A stretch of 64,000 bases of DNA from Sphaerodactylus townsendi (taxonomy: Eukaryota). Below the pieces are notes generated by a model. The model was not told the origin of the DNA, did no database searches, and saw only the letters and a program-made list of their open reading frames with translations. Made by a program: the position numbers and the translations under genes. The stretch covers positions 9,424,001-9,488,000 of the forward strand of contig NC_059436.1 of NCBI RefSeq assembly GCF_021028975.2, in the 5' to 3' direction. Shown piece by piece: positions 25,776 to 38,975 of this stretch (the stretch's first letter is position 1; each line of letters begins with the position of its first letter).

Positions 25776-25915
25776 CTGTAGACAGCCCGCTTGTCAGCCT
25801 CCAGCTGTGCCTGAGGGTCGATAGGAGTGCTAGGAAGAGTAGTGTTGGCGGCGGCCGAGGGTGTGGTGATGTGCACAGGCTGTGCCTTCGCCGGCTGTTG
25901 CGCTGTGGCAGTCAT
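25776..25915 (-). CDS. PKNOX2: PKNOX2 second coding exon, 140 nt (MTATAQQPAKAQPVHITTPSAAANTTLPSTPIDPQAQLEADKRAVY-R), leading into the MEINOX/HR1 region
   Basis: IDPQAQLEADKRAVYR is diagnostic of PKNOX2. Acceptor CTCTTCTCATCTTCTTTTTGACAG|ATG; donor AG|GTACAG. Phase 0 start matches the previous exon; phase 2 end. Confidence 0.97.
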
Positions 25916-28337
25916 CTGTCAAAAAGAAGATGAGAAGAGGCAGAACCAGATCAAACTCTTAAGCAGGTACAATTGCTGGTGGGAAGAGAAGCAGAAAAGT
26001 GCACAGGCTTCTGAGAGCCACCTGTCAACAGATCCGAGTATTTCCTGTATCTCACATGAAAAAATTGTTCACCTGGCTTCTGTACATATTTATTAAACTC
26101 CGTTTATGCCAGAATGCTAGCTGTGGTCTCCCACACAACTGTAATTATATCTCTATGTGTCTACCAGGTTTGTTAAGTTTTTAAAAATTCTTTATAGCTT
26201 TCTGTGTCACCGTGGTCTTTTTATTAACATGTCAGAAACTCAAAAAATCAAAATGTTTTCCAATCAATACTGGCATTGAACCAACAGGAAAAGTAAGATA
26301 TAAATAACTATGGACAGAGGTCCAACGGTTATGGGGTGGATGTGACCCTCTCTCTCTGGAACACCATCCCAATGAGAAGTTGACCAGCCTAGCCCAACTG
26401 TTGTCCAGAGAACAAGCAGCTACCTATCCCTTGGTAGACATTGCTTTACTCTTAACTACCAGATGTCTACAAACTGCAGACACAGGGGGAAGGTATTATT
26501 TCAGTCTATTATAAACAGAGGTGTATGACCTATAGGGAAATGGGGTCACTCTCAGACAACATCTAGACCTGATTAGGTTCAACAAGATTGCAGCATCTTA
26601 TGCTTCCAAAACATTAGATACTACATAGGTTCCCAAATGACATTTACTAAAAATGCTCCCTTTAAAACCCACTACAACACAACATTGTTTCAACAAACTT
26701 TTCTGGATATTTTACAGTCAATTTAGTGTCTTCCTTTTGCTGTCAATTAAGAGTTGGTGCTACACTTTCCCCGCTCCTGAACACACTGCTCTGCAGATCA
26801 GAGAAACCCTGCGGTTCCTAACAGCAGGCAAAACATGACTTGTTCCCGGTCTGGGCAGGGACACTGGAGCAGACCAATGTGTGTTTTAGTTGCTTTGGGT
26901 TCTCCGCTCCTTCCTGCCTTCCACCGCCCATTCAGGAGCAGTCCCACCCACTCCTTGGCTGGCATTTCCTGGACATCGATAGTGCTTCTTTTTTTTTTTT
27001 AAAAAAAAGTGAGCCCTCAGTCTATCGCAGGATCCTCTCCCCCTCCCCACAAAAAAGAAGAAAGAAAAAGGTAGCAAAGAATCTCCTGACCCGGAAGCAA
27101 GGGTCAGGAAAAACGGTGGTTGGGTACAGTAGGGCCAGAGCACTCCTGCCCACTCCTCGGCTAGCATTTCCTGGACTTAGATGGGTTTTTGAGCCCTCGA
27201 TCTAGTTCAGGAGCTCGGTATATTGCAGGAGCCACCTCCTCCCCCCCCCCAAAGAAAAAGGTGGCAAAGAACCTCCTGACCTGGAAGAAGGGGGCAGGCA
27301 ATATGCGCTGGGCACAGTGGCACATTTCCTCATGCGTAATATGAGAATCGTGGGGAAACCTCACCGCAGAGCCAGCAACGTTGCCACAAATAGTAAGTTT
27401 ACAAAGAGCCTAACATTTAGATTCAGCACCTGAACTCTGCTTATTACAGACTCCAGTCTAGACTGTGCAGACGGATTGAGTGTTAACCTCTGGCAGGCCC
27501 TGGAGTTTACACCAGACAGTCTTTGGGCCCCTTACAGTCTATCGTTCATTAAATTAAGTGCAATGATACTAATAGCTCCCACCCTTTGCAGCATTTAACT
27601 CAGATTATTTTTGTAGGATTTATTCATTGCTGGGTTTCTTTTCTTTTTCAGAAGCATAATGAAATTTGGTACCTACTGCATGCTCTTGCCTTCAGTCAAA
27701 GATGCCGAATTCCCGCTAGAGCTCATTGTTCAACCAGAGCAGGCAGCGAGTTGGCTGGTTTAAGTACAAGCAAGGCATTCTCTTTTATGTTGGCTTTTTT
27801 CCTAAGCTACTATCTTACTTTGGAATAAATACAATTACCCCCATGTCTAACACAGCTTGCTGTTAATGCTCTATAGTGCCAAGTTTAAAAAAAAATAAAG
27901 AGCAAGGCCCCTCTGCAAAGACTTCAAGTAGGTAATGAATCTGTATAAGGTTTCTTGGCACTGAAAAAGGATTCCATGGCTCAGAAGTAGATTATGAGGT
28001 TTAAATGCCCTTCATGTATTTTGCAGCTAGCAGATAAAGGTCAGGGTGGTTTCAGGCTGTACCAATACAGATCAAGCCTGCCTTGGAAAAAACCAGAAGG
28101 AAGAATGCGGGCAGAACAGGGGTCTTTCCAAAGCAGTCCGCTCATGTAAGTCATGAAGATGTAGGTTTATGCAGTTGAAAGGAACCAAAAGACCATCAAG
28201 GAACTGCTAACGGCAAAACTCTTCCCCTTTCCTGCTGACTTAAAATGCCATTATCCTGTCCCCAAACTGTTTCAAGATGACACAGAAAATGGGCACATAC
28301 TGTACCTTTCCTTTCCTACTAGGACTTCAATCACTCT

Positions 28338-28535
28338 GACCTAGATGGACCAGGCTAGTTTGATCTCACCAGATCTCTAAGCTAAGCAGGGTCAGCCTTG
28401 GTTAGTATTTGGATGGGAGGCTGCCAAGGAGCACCAGGGTGGCTATGCAGAAGAAGGCAATGGCAAACCACCTCTGTTCTGCCTTGAAAACTCCATAAGG
28501 GGTCACCACAAGTCAGCTGCAGCTTCATGTACACT
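28338..28535 (+). mobile_element. 5S rRNA-headed Sauria-type SINE
   Basis: 5S-like head gatctc...agctaagcagggtcagccttggttagtatttggatgggag, then RTE/Sauria-type tail gaagaaggcaatggcaaaccacctctg...ccttgaaaactcc...ggtcaccacaagtcag. Confidence 0.8.
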
Positions 28536-29569
28536 GTACACACACTGTATGCACACATGGCTTCAAGCAGCCCAGGGTGATAGTATTTTCAATTTGGGAA
28601 AGGGCATTTCAGGGCAAAATGACACATCTAGAGTTCTAATCATGCAACTCCAGCATCTCACATAGTGTCATTCTAAGAGGGGTGGAATAATTTTCACATA
28701 CATTTCAATGGCCCTTTACACACAACACAAATAAAATGTCCTGCAGACACTTTAAAGAGAGCCATTTTGGCTTTTTTCGTCCACATCAGGAAAAGTGGCA
28801 GGAAAAGCGGTTCTCCCCCTTCCCGAAAAAAGACCCGGGAAAAGATCTTGTATTAGAATATTTTAAACAATACTGAGAAAACAAGATGAAAAAAGTAAAG
28901 CACCTAAAAGATAGGGGGTATCCTCCAATGGAAACATGCTGTGGGGGTTGGAAGGGGTGTGTTTGGAGAAAACAAAGGAAGAGCAGAAGCCCAAAATCAG
29001 AAAAATTCATGGTGGAAAAAAAAAACCACAGCTCCTTGTAGAACACCTATTGTTGCTGATGTGGCCAGCCTAATGAATCACTATGGGTTTCCAGTCCACA
29101 GAAAGGGCTTTTGGAAATTCTAAACAGGATTTAAGGCAATTGTATTATCCTCTATTGCTACAGCCTGAATGCATTTCACAGCCAAGTGACCAGAGGTCTG
29201 TGTAATGTAAGAGACTATGGAGCTTTTTTTAAAGAGATGAGAGGAATGTAAAGTGAGCGTGAATGCATTTTAACACAGGGCTATTGTTGCTCTGTCATGA
29301 AGAAAGGCCAGCCCAGCCCAGCCCAACCTTCCCCTGGCAAGTTTCGAGTTAATTAAACCAGAATGCTGATGCTAATGACTGATCAAAGTACTGCCTTGGT
29401 GGCTTTAACAAACAGCTCCGGGGAATTTTCGAACTCATAGCATCACACTGTGTTATCCTCGCCACAATGAGGATACTTTAAACTGAGGTACTTTAAACTG
29501 TGAATGTGTGACAGACTCAATTTTCATGGCAGAGTGGGGATTCGAACCTGCGACTCCCAGATCCTAATC

Positions 29570-29982
29570 CAGTGGTGGCGAACCTATGGCACGGGTGCCA
29601 GAGGTGGCACTCAGAGCCTTCTCTGTGGGCACGCATGCCCAGAGTTCATCATGTGAGCAGGGCGAAAAATCACCCCCCCCCCCCCACACACACATCTAGG
29701 CTGGCCTGGGCACAATCCTTTACCTGGGAGTAAGGTCGGTTGCTGGCAATGGGGCTTGCTTCTGAGTAAACTATCCTAGGGTCGTGATTCACCCATTCGA
29801 AGCGTTGCATGGTTGCTTCACCAAGCTTACTCCTGAGTAACGTGCACCTCGGAGCCAACCGTTTTTTTCTAAACTTAAACCTCAGCATTCAGATTAAATT
29901 GCCGTGTTGGCACTTTGCGATAAATAAGTGGGTTTTGGGTTGCAATTTGGGCACTCGGTCTCGAAAAGGTTCGCCATCACTG
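29570..29982. mobile_element. 413-bp non-autonomous hAT-Charlie element inserted into the tRNA head of an older minus-strand SINE (~29445-30017)
   Basis: 16-bp TIRs CAGTGGTGGCGAACCT / AGGTTCGCCATCACTG; exact TSD TCCTAATC at 29562-29569 and 29983-29990. Confidence 0.92.
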
Positions 29983-31599
29983 TCCTAATCCAACACTCTT
30001 ACTACTACTCCACACTAGCTCTCCCTCTGCCACACCAGTTGCGTAGCTTGGCTTAGTCTATGTTTGAGTGCTGTCACATAAATTTCATGTCCCACGCTTT
30101 GAGCACCAGGCACAAAAATGACCTTCTTTCAGCCCTTTCTTTGGTGACCAGGATGTCTTGGGCACAGTGTTTACCAAATGACAGCTCCATGATGTGAAAA
30201 TCCTTGCAGAAATCAAGATGTCTGGAGCTCTGGGTGTACCAAATTTCAACCTGCATGAATATTTTAACTACTGTGGGTATAGCCCACATTTCACCACTAC
30301 AGTTTATATCAACCTCCCATCAGCTGAGGACCCAAGCAAAAAACAAATATTGTTTGTTGTGCTATCAGAACTGACAAACCAATGTTCGTTTAGTAGCATT
30401 ATTCTATAGGGGAAAGTTTCTCCTGTTGAGAGGCAAAAAATACGCAATAAACATTAAAAAGAAAAGAAAAAAGGAGGGGTTTGGCAAAAACCAGGATTTA
30501 CGTATGTCTGGTCATGAATTACAAGCTTTTGCACAAAACAAGTTTTATTGCCATGTCTGAATGCAATCTCAGGTTCACCATTTAAGGCTATAAAGAACAA
30601 GGACAACTTGTGCTGTTTACCCTTAGTAGTACCCTTACCATAGTACAAAAATGTTCAACTGCTTAAATCTTGCCACTGAACCAGATTTATATATTCTTCC
30701 TTCCAAAGGAAAATGGTAAACACACTGAGAAACAAAACAGAAAATAGATAGAAGGAGCACTTTCTTCTAAATCTGACTGACAACCAATATAGTTCTATGG
30801 ACTTTATTCTGCTTTCACAGAAGCATTTTATTAGATATAGTTCCAACTGCTGGGCTTCACACACAACATATTAGAAGAGATATTGCATATTTAATATATG
30901 CTTTCACTTTTCAGAACTTTATTCCCGGGACTTCAAGGACAAAACAGCAGAGGAAGAACTTTGCTTGGAAATGCTTTAATTTATTATAAAGCAACATATG
31001 AACTGCAGGATTTTTATGCAGATTCCCAATTTTCAAAAGATAGATTCTCCTGTGCATTTGAAGAGATTACGCTCAATATTACTGGCCCTTAGCAGAACCA
31101 GAAGATTATTAAAGCAGTTGCTCTGCTCTCAAAGGATGTTTTTCCAATTGCTTCCTCTTTATTTTCATAAAATCCAGTCGCCCCCCCCCCCCTTTTAGAC
31201 TGTTGGTTCAGTTGCCTTTGGAAAGCCCCATCAAGCAGTCTTTCACTACGCAAAAAGATATTTATGCTAAGCTATCAGAGTAGGAAGCCAACTTTTGCTT
31301 TGGTTTCTGTTTATTTCTGGGTAACGTGGATTTTTAACATAGAAAACATTTACTGGCTCTTCTGCCATAGAGGTACATAGAGGTACAGAAGGCCTGGTCC
31401 AGCGACTGCAGTGGGAAAATTTCTTGTCTACCTCCTCCTTTAGCTCGGGCCACTTCACCTTCCCTAGTTTCTATCACATGGTAAGTACACCTTAGGGCTT
31501 CCATATGTTGGCTGCAGTCCAGTTAAAATTAGTTTTGACTAAGCTCCATTGAAAACGACAAAACTAGTGAGTCACGTCTAAGATAAGCATAATTATTTT

Positions 31600-31915
31600 C
31601 ATGGGACATCCATCACTGGGTCTTATGGACCACATCACTCCAGTCTTGGCTCATCCACACAGGCTTCCAATGTTTTTTCCAGGTGTAATTCAAAGGGCTG
31701 GTTTTGACCTCTAAAGCTCAATATGGCTTGGGATCAGCATATCTGAAGGACTCCTCATTCCCTTATGAAACTATCCAACCTCTGTGATCAACTTTTCAGG
31801 CCTTGTTTCCAATGCCCCCCTTCTTCCGAAATTATGTGAGTGGCAACTTGGGAGTGGGGCTTCTTGATGGTGACATCAAACTCTGGAGCTTTCTCTCTAA
31901 AGAGATTCACCAGTG
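31600..31915 (+). mobile_element. L2 LINE ORF2 3' fragment, degenerate
   Basis: Motifs DHITPVL..., FKGLVLTSKAQYGLGSAYLKD. Confidence 0.7.
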
Positions 31916-32679
31916 GTAGATTCATCCTTTACCAGTGGGTGGAGATTTGTTTTGTTTTATCTAGAATTCCTTTTTCTACCTTCCCACGCTGTTGAGAAGC
32001 CCTCTTGGAGGTGGTACGCAACGCCGAAGCAGTGCTGTGTCCCGCCACCAGGGGTGGGGGGCTCTGGATGGGGCTGTCAGTCTTGCACATATTTTATTCC
32101 AAATTCCAAAAATCTCCTTATTACATGGGTACCTTTTCTGATGAGATCTTTCTTCTGATCCACATTTTTCCACCCTAAGTAACTATGTTGTTCCTGCTTT
32201 CAAGTCTGCTGTTTCTAATTTTATAGCCCTTTGATCTGAGTTCTTAATCCAATCTGAGATCCATACAAGGCCCGCAGCTTGGTGGTATAATTTACAGTGA
32301 GGCACAGCTAAACCTCCTCTTCTTTTTTCATTTTGTAGCACCTTAAATCTTATTCTTCGTTACTTTTTATTCCAGATAAATTTATTGGCCTGTTTTTGCT
32401 ATTCTTTTAAAGTTTTCCCCTGTATATAGATTGGCAACTATGGCGGAACAGCCCGACTTTGATCTGCAGGCCCTAGGGCACTCAACCCTCTCCCAGGGTT
32501 GCTAACTCCTCCTGGAAGGGGCTTTCTCTTTCTTGAAGGTAACTGCTGCCACCACCTGATCTTTGTAGGCATTTCCCACTGGAGAGAGTAAGGGGCCATC
32601 AGCCTCCTTTCCAACTCTGAAGCTTGGCCGCTGTGTCTCCTATTTCCTTGTTCCTGGGCATCAGAGGGATGGTCTACAC

Positions 32680-32766
32680 TAGGGGTGTCCAACTCTGGCG
32701 CTTCAGATGTTCCTGGGCTACAATTCCCATCAGCCCCTGCTAGCATGGCCAATTGGTTTACCCCTG
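32680..32766. mobile_element. Internally deleted URR1-like hAT MITE
   Basis: taggggtgtccaactctggcgcttcagatgttcctgggctacaattcccatcagcccctgctagcatggccaattgg, i.e. the left half of the 58463 family. Confidence 0.7.
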
Positions 32767-33699
32767 GTTTATGTCCTGATGCACCCCTGAAGGAATAGCT
32801 CCTTGCCAACTGCCAGCCTTCCCCCCACTCCTGACACCCTCCTTGTAAAATAGCATGTCCAAGACAGTGGAGGTCTGTGTGCTACAGAGAACTGCTACCA
32901 GCATCCAATGTTTAAAGTATTTATTTTTTAAAAAGAAAATGTTTACAAGCATACTTTTAGCATAGCAGCAGATTAAGCAAGGGATTCAAAAGAAATGAGG
33001 GACACAATTCATCTGACCCTTCCTCTATACATATTCTTTCAGTTGTTAAAATCAGGCAGGATCTTAAGCTTAGGATGTTTCAGCTGCCTACAGATTCTTC
33101 ATAACCTGGAAGAAAGTGTTCAGCTCCTGCCCCTGAGTTGCCTGCCATGGTGCCCTGCCCCCTCCTGGCCCTCTGTAGCCCAGCTTCTGCCCTCCCTAGG
33201 CCCTGGGTAGAGTAGGAGTCAGCCTGCAGGGGGTCGGGTGGGGTGTTTGTCCCCGGGCACCATTTCCCCCAGATACTCCTCTGGCGAAGACAAGGTAAAA
33301 ATGGCTGCCATTTCCAGAACTCAGGCACAAGCTCTGCTTCTTTCAGTGGTCCAACCAGAAGAGTCCTTCCTCTCTGCTCCCAATAGTTTTATCAGTTCCC
33401 AGTCCCTACCCCTTTGACCTGGTCAGTCTGGGTCAAGGAATCTTTTCCTGATGGCTTCAGGTAGCCACTTCCTGAAGCCCTTCTTTCCTCCTGAAGACCT
33501 CCAAATCTGTGATACCTGCTTATAGAAGAAGGGGGGCTTGACCCATCCCATTGTCTTTCACTACCCGTATTAGCATTTCTGAAGGTGGCTGGAATTCTCC
33601 TGCCCAGAGCATAAAATTTATTTTATTTTATTTTATTTTTTAATTTATTTCTTCAATTTATATAACGCCCGATCCCTTCAAACCTCAAGGTGTGCCGGA

Positions 33700-34040
33700 G
33701 CCGTTTTTTCACAGCAACATTTGAAACAAGAATTTCAGCTTCGGCAATTTTTCCTAGCTATGATGGTCTCATTCTGGACCACCTTTGTAGGCCTTCTTGT
33801 ATTGTGTTTCAGCATTACTGCATAATTGTCTTTGTAAAAGGTATTATTCTGTCCATTCACATTGATCTCCAGATATTTAAACTTGTTGGATAAAACATTG
33901 CATCCAGCAACTTTTCCAATATCTGTTTCTTCTTGTTTGGTTAGAAACTTTGCAGTAATCTTTGTTTTCAGTCTGTTAACTTTATATCCTGAAAAAAAAA
34001 ATCCAAACTGTTGTATTTGAGCCATCAGATACTTTATTGA
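33700..34040 (-). mobile_element. L1-clade LINE ORF2 fragment (end of RT domain)
   Basis: ORF 33735-34025: QQFGFFFSGYKVNRLKT...KFKYLEINV...FYKDNYAVML matches the L1 pattern FG..SGYKIN..K...KYLGI......NY. Confidence 0.8.
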
Positions 34041-34045
34041 CAGTT

Positions 34046-34353
34046 GAAGAAGAAGAAGAAGAAGAGTTTGGATTTATATCCCCCCTTTCTCTCCTGCAGG
34101 AGACTCAAAGGGGCTTACAATCCCCTTGCCCTTCCCCCCTCACAACAAACACCCTGTGAGGTAGGTGGGGCTGAGAGAGCTCCGAGAAGCTGTGACTAGC
34201 CCAAGGTCACCCAGCTGGCGTGTGTGGGAGTGCACAGGCTAATCTGAATTCCCCAGATAAGCCTCCACAGCTCAGGCGGCAGAGCTGGGAATCAAACCCG
34301 GTTCCTCCAGATTAGATACACGAGCTCTTAACCTCCTACGCCACTGCTGCTCC
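34046..34353 (-). mobile_element. Full-length, young Squam3-like SINE with (TTC)n tail
   Basis: Head GGAGCAGCAGTGGCGTAGGAGGTTAAGAGC...GGTTTGATTCCC with CpGs intact; possible TSD ttgacagtt / ttgagagtt. Confidence 0.9.
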
Positions 34354-34431
34354 TTGAGAGTTACTTATTGTTATCATGACATTATCTGCATAACTTTTCA
34401 TCCTAAATTCTTCTCAATCTATTTGCAGAAG

Positions 34432-34725
34432 ACAAAGAAGAGCTGGTTTTTAGACCCTGCTTTTCTCTCCCTACAAGGAATCTCAAAGCGGCTTACAATC
34501 AACTTATCTTCTCCTCCCCACAACAGACATCTTGTGAGGTGGGGGATGGGCTGAGAGAGTTCAGAGAGAACTGTGACTGGCCCAAGGTCACTCAGTGGGG
34601 CTGCATGTGGAGGAGTGGGAAAACAAATCCAGTTCACCAGATTAGAGTCTGCTGCTCATGTGGAGGAGTGGGGAATCAAACCCAGTTCTCCAAGTTAGTG
34701 TCTACCACTCTTAACACCATGCTGG
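34432..34725 (-). mobile_element. Squam3-like SINE, older subfamily with duplicated box-B segment
   Basis: catgtggaggagtggg...cagttc...ttag segment occurs twice; CORE body. Confidence 0.8.
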
Positions 34726-35649
34726 CCAAAAGCCCTCAAAGGTTTGCAAGCTACTATGGCTGTGTTCCCTAGGGTTGTAGTAAGTATGGTTCAACCAGCC
34801 AGTCTCTCTCTTGCACATTTTTATCAGCCTACCCCACCATTGTCCTCCTTTGTGCAAGCAGAAGAGCTAATACAGAAAGAATGACAGTGATGAAGTTCTC
34901 CTAATCCCCAATTTTCCGTAAATTCCCAACAGGAATAAGCAGTTAACTACATTTCCCTGCTGCCTCTTCTGTCTCCAGTTTCAGCTGCCTAAGCAGGAAA
35001 GAAGTCACACTTCAGGAACAGCTAATGGGAAATGGAGATGCACAGTATAAAACCACCACATCTATTCAGCATGGTGTGCTAAAGGTGGGGAGCGGGGAGA
35101 GAAGGGGCAGGCCGAGGAAGGAACCAAGAGGAGCAGCGAAGCGAACAAACGATGACACAGAAGTTCCAAAAGCCATAAAAACCCTCACCGAGGGTATCAT
35201 TTGCGCAAAGTGACCTTTCTCACCAGAGGGACACATTTGCGAGATGAGAATAAAGAGGCCCTTGTGACTTTGAAAGTGGTTCGTAATGTGAAGATTTCAC
35301 TCCATCACAGAAACCTCTATGAGGTGTGGCAAATAGCCTTTGGACCACAGAGCCGTAGCCAACTCACGCCATCTATCAGGAAGACAGAAGTAACCCAAAG
35401 GTCTCGCTCTTTGTGTGGTTATTGCATACAGGAGACAAATGGTCCCTCTTTGCCACTGCAGACCTCCTTGGGACTCACGCCCTCCAAAGTGCCCCCAGAG
35501 TGAGGCACAGCTGAAGTCAATAATATGATGGCTTTGACCTCGAGATTCCCATCAGCCCTTGCAAAAGAAATCAGAAAGAAACTAGCCAGTGTTTTTCGGG
35601 AGTGTAGCTGTGGCTCAATGGTGGAGTATCTGCTGTGCATGCAGTAAGT

Positions 35650-35785
35650 TGTAGAATCATAGAGTTGGAAGAGACCCCATGGGCCATCAAGTCCAACCCC
35701 CTGCAATGCAGGAACACACAATCAAAGCACTCCTTTAAAAACCTCTCTTTAAAAACCTCCAAAGGAGACTCCACCACATTCCAAG
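35650..35785 (-). mobile_element. CR1 3' fragment abutting a tRNA-SINE head (35600-35645, +)
   Basis: tagaatcatagagttggaagagacccc...; head gctgtggctcaatggtggagtatctgctgtgcatgcag. Confidence 0.8.
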
Positions 35786-37181
35786 GTTGTGGATCCCTGA
35801 GGTAGTCTTGGGTTGAATCCCCAGTGTCTCCAGTTTTTAAAGAAAGAATCAGATAGTACATGGTGTGGAAGACCACTGAGAAAATGGAGAACCACTGCCT
35901 GTCGGAGAAAACCATAACATAAGGCAATTTTATGTGTTGCTGTGAAAGCAACGTAATAACTTTACAAAAGATTCTGTCTGCACTGAGCCTGGCCTCTCAC
36001 TGCTAGTACTATGTGTTCATCTGCCCCGGTGTACCTGCAGCTGGTTTTACTTGTAATTCTCCTTTCCACCAATAGTAAAATTTCTTGACATTTTTGCACC
36101 TGGATCAGCTTAGAGCATCCTTGACAAGTATTTATCCAGCTGCGGCTTGAAGACTGCCAGTGAATCAGACTATTGTTCCATCACTGTCAGTACGATCTAG
36201 TTAAACTAGCAGTGGTTTTCCTGGATCTCGGGCAGAGGTCTTTCACCCCCCCCCCACTGCCTAGTCCTTTTAAGTGGGGGTGCTGGGGTTGAACCCGGGA
36301 GCAGGTGATCTACCATGACACCACAGCACCTCCTGTCCTTGCTTGCAGTTTATAGCCCATGGGGTTTCACATACTGGACCTATTTACTGCAAGCAAAATG
36401 CCAACTTCAATTCCCTCCTCAAACCAGCCAACAGTGCCGTGGGGGGGGGGGGGAAGTGGCACCTGGAGCAAAATGGTGCCCGTGCCCCCCACAACACACC
36501 TCACTTACCTTTAAAAGTTAAAAGAGCAGCCTGCTCCGGTCCGTGGGGGCTGCTCCATCCATGACGGCGGCCTGAGGGGAGGGGTGGGGGAGCAATTCTC
36601 TGCCCCCATGCCTGCACCCAGGGCACTTGTCCCCCTGCCCCTCCCTGCCCTGCCCCATGGTAGCTCTGCCTATGCCAGCCAGCCAGGAAAAGAGGAGGAA
36701 CAGCCATGGCTAGAATTGCCCATGGGTTCACTGCCTTTCTGCAGCTTCCATGGTTGGCACTGCAGTTTCGGCAGCTGTTTCGGCAGCTGTCATCATGCAA
36801 AACCTGTTGCAGGGAGGAGAGTTTCTCCACTTGAAAGAAAAACCCACTGAGTTCATGGGATTTATTCCCAATGGGTCAATACGCATTCTGACCGGTTTTC
36901 ACATCGATGGTTGAAAACAAAATAGAAGCAAAAAGTTTCCTGCAGAAGTCACAAATTGTATTTGATCTGAAATTTTCTCTTTCAAGACTTCCATTTCACA
37001 AACCTCATTAACTTTCATTCCAGCCATTTACACAACTGTCTTTCACAGCCACTTCAATAAAGAGAAAGTGGCTGGAAATATATCAAACATTCATAAAATT
37101 AAACTGGGGTATTATTGCCAATACCCAAGGATGTCGTGAATTTTATTTGATTAATCATCTGCAGTTTCACTGATTGATTAA

Positions 37182-37368
37182 TAGGGTTGCCAACCTCCAG
37201 GTGATATTACAACTGGTCTCCAGGCTACAGAGATCAGTTTTCTTGGAGAAAATGGGAGGGCTCCATGGCATTATACCCGACTGAGGCCCCTTCCCTTGAT
37301 AAACCCCACCATCCTCAGACTCCACCCCTCAAATCTCCAGGTATTTCCCAACCCAGATCTAGAAACCC
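37182..37368. mobile_element. hAT-family MITE with TAGGGTTGCCA terminus
   Basis: tagggttgccaacctccagg...tacagagatcagttttcttggagaaaatgg; relatives at 45030-45231 and ~45890-46087. Confidence 0.75.
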
Positions 37369-38975
37369 GAAGCTTCAATATTATCATCACCTCAACCTAA
37401 GTATCTCCTTGAGATACAAACCTACAGGGAAGTTGCAGAATTGTACTTTCTAAGCCCTTTGAAGTCAATGGATTGAGAAGAAAGGTTTAACTCTGCTTAG
37501 TTATGCATTGTGAAACTACAACGGTTATAAAGACAGACTTAGCTTTTCGTTCCCCAAATATAGCCCCTAAATTATAGCCCAACCAATTAAAAGTTGCCAT
37601 CACTGCTGAAAGTGAGTCACAACTGACTAAGTTTTCATTAATTTACCAAACTGACTGTGTACTTTACAGATTTTTTGTTTCATTGTCATTTTCATTGTTT
37701 TTATAACAGGGTTTTTTTAAATAAAAGGGTAATTGTTTTTATAACATAAAGTTATAAATATGAATATATTTTATTGAATATATTTTATTGCACCATTATT
37801 TAATCATGGAATTGGTAAAGGAGACCCAAATACTAGTTTATTTGTTTTCTTTTGTCTTAGAGAATCCTACAAAACAATGAAAACCAAATTTGGATTCCTT
37901 TTTTTCAGAGATATTCAACATGGCAATTCACAAACTGCAGACTATCTTGCCAGGAAAGATCCACAGACATTTTTCCAGTTTAAAGCCAAGAAAAACTAAG
38001 CTTTTCCATAACCCATCTGCATAGTCCCCAGAAAATTTACCCTTAACCTCTAAGTATAAAATTCCTTCCTTCCTGCCCCCACTGTATGCTAGACAGATGA
38101 CCATAGCCCAAGATTACTCCAGACTGTGTGATTAATCAGGGGAAATACCTGAACAAATATTAATTATCAAGTGCAAAATTGCCAGACAGGAAATTGCTAT
38201 TAACAACTAGGGTAGGAACAATTGCCCTGCATATTTAGGAGACAGCTGGTCTGAAACACATTTGAAATGGCTTTGCAAGGGATGAAGAAATATCTTTAAC
38301 AACCAAGGAAAAAACATTACAAAAGTCTTACACGGGCACATATACCAATTCTATTAAAAAACCTGCAGATTCCCAATAATAAAATGCATGTATTTCAGAG
38401 ATTGGGCCCAGTGTCCACTAAAAAGTGAATTTTAGAGCATGAAATGACTGACAGGGAATGAACTTTGGAAGAACAAATGATAGGCTTGTTTCAGGTACCT
38501 TTAACGAACTAGCAAGTTATAAATGGGCACCAGATAGAAGTGAGCCAGTCAGTTAAACACATCCATAAGATTCCTGACAATTCAGGGCTATTCATATATA
38601 GTTCCATCTGAATCTGCAAAGTATCAGAAGATATGGCTAGAATCCAGAGGCCATAATTATACTGGAAATAGTTTTTTTAAAAAAACTCATGGAGACAGAT
38701 ACAGCTATTTAGACTAAGTTCACACAACACATTTTTCAGCTTTTCTCTTATTGTTGATGTGCACGTGTGAAAAAGAGAGTCTAAATGTGTCTGTACTGGG
38801 TTGCTGAATTAGGAAGGTTGTTGTAGCATTTCAACTTTTCTGCATTTTACAATTTGAGATGCTTGAGCACCTATTGGTTCAGCTTGCAACATTTGTATTG
38901 TGTTCCCATTGCAAAAGGTGAACTTGTGATGGGCTATCCTGCCTGTGTCCAACTTGCTCGATTAATCTATTTTAG

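Noticed and set aside
28360-28425. 5S rRNA-like sequence (also near 24840 and 48930)
   Set aside because: Degenerate and fused to an RTE/Sauria-type tail, so a SINE head and not an rRNA gene.
34280-34353. tRNA-like box A/B sequences (also 4255, 16570, 35600, 41594)
   Set aside because: SINE heads without a full cloverleaf; not tRNA genes.
38445-38454. PBX-PREP decamer TGACTGACAG (also 8761-8770)
   Set aside because: About 0.5 matches are expected by chance in 64 kb on two strands, and one lies in a repeat-rich region; not significant without conservation data.
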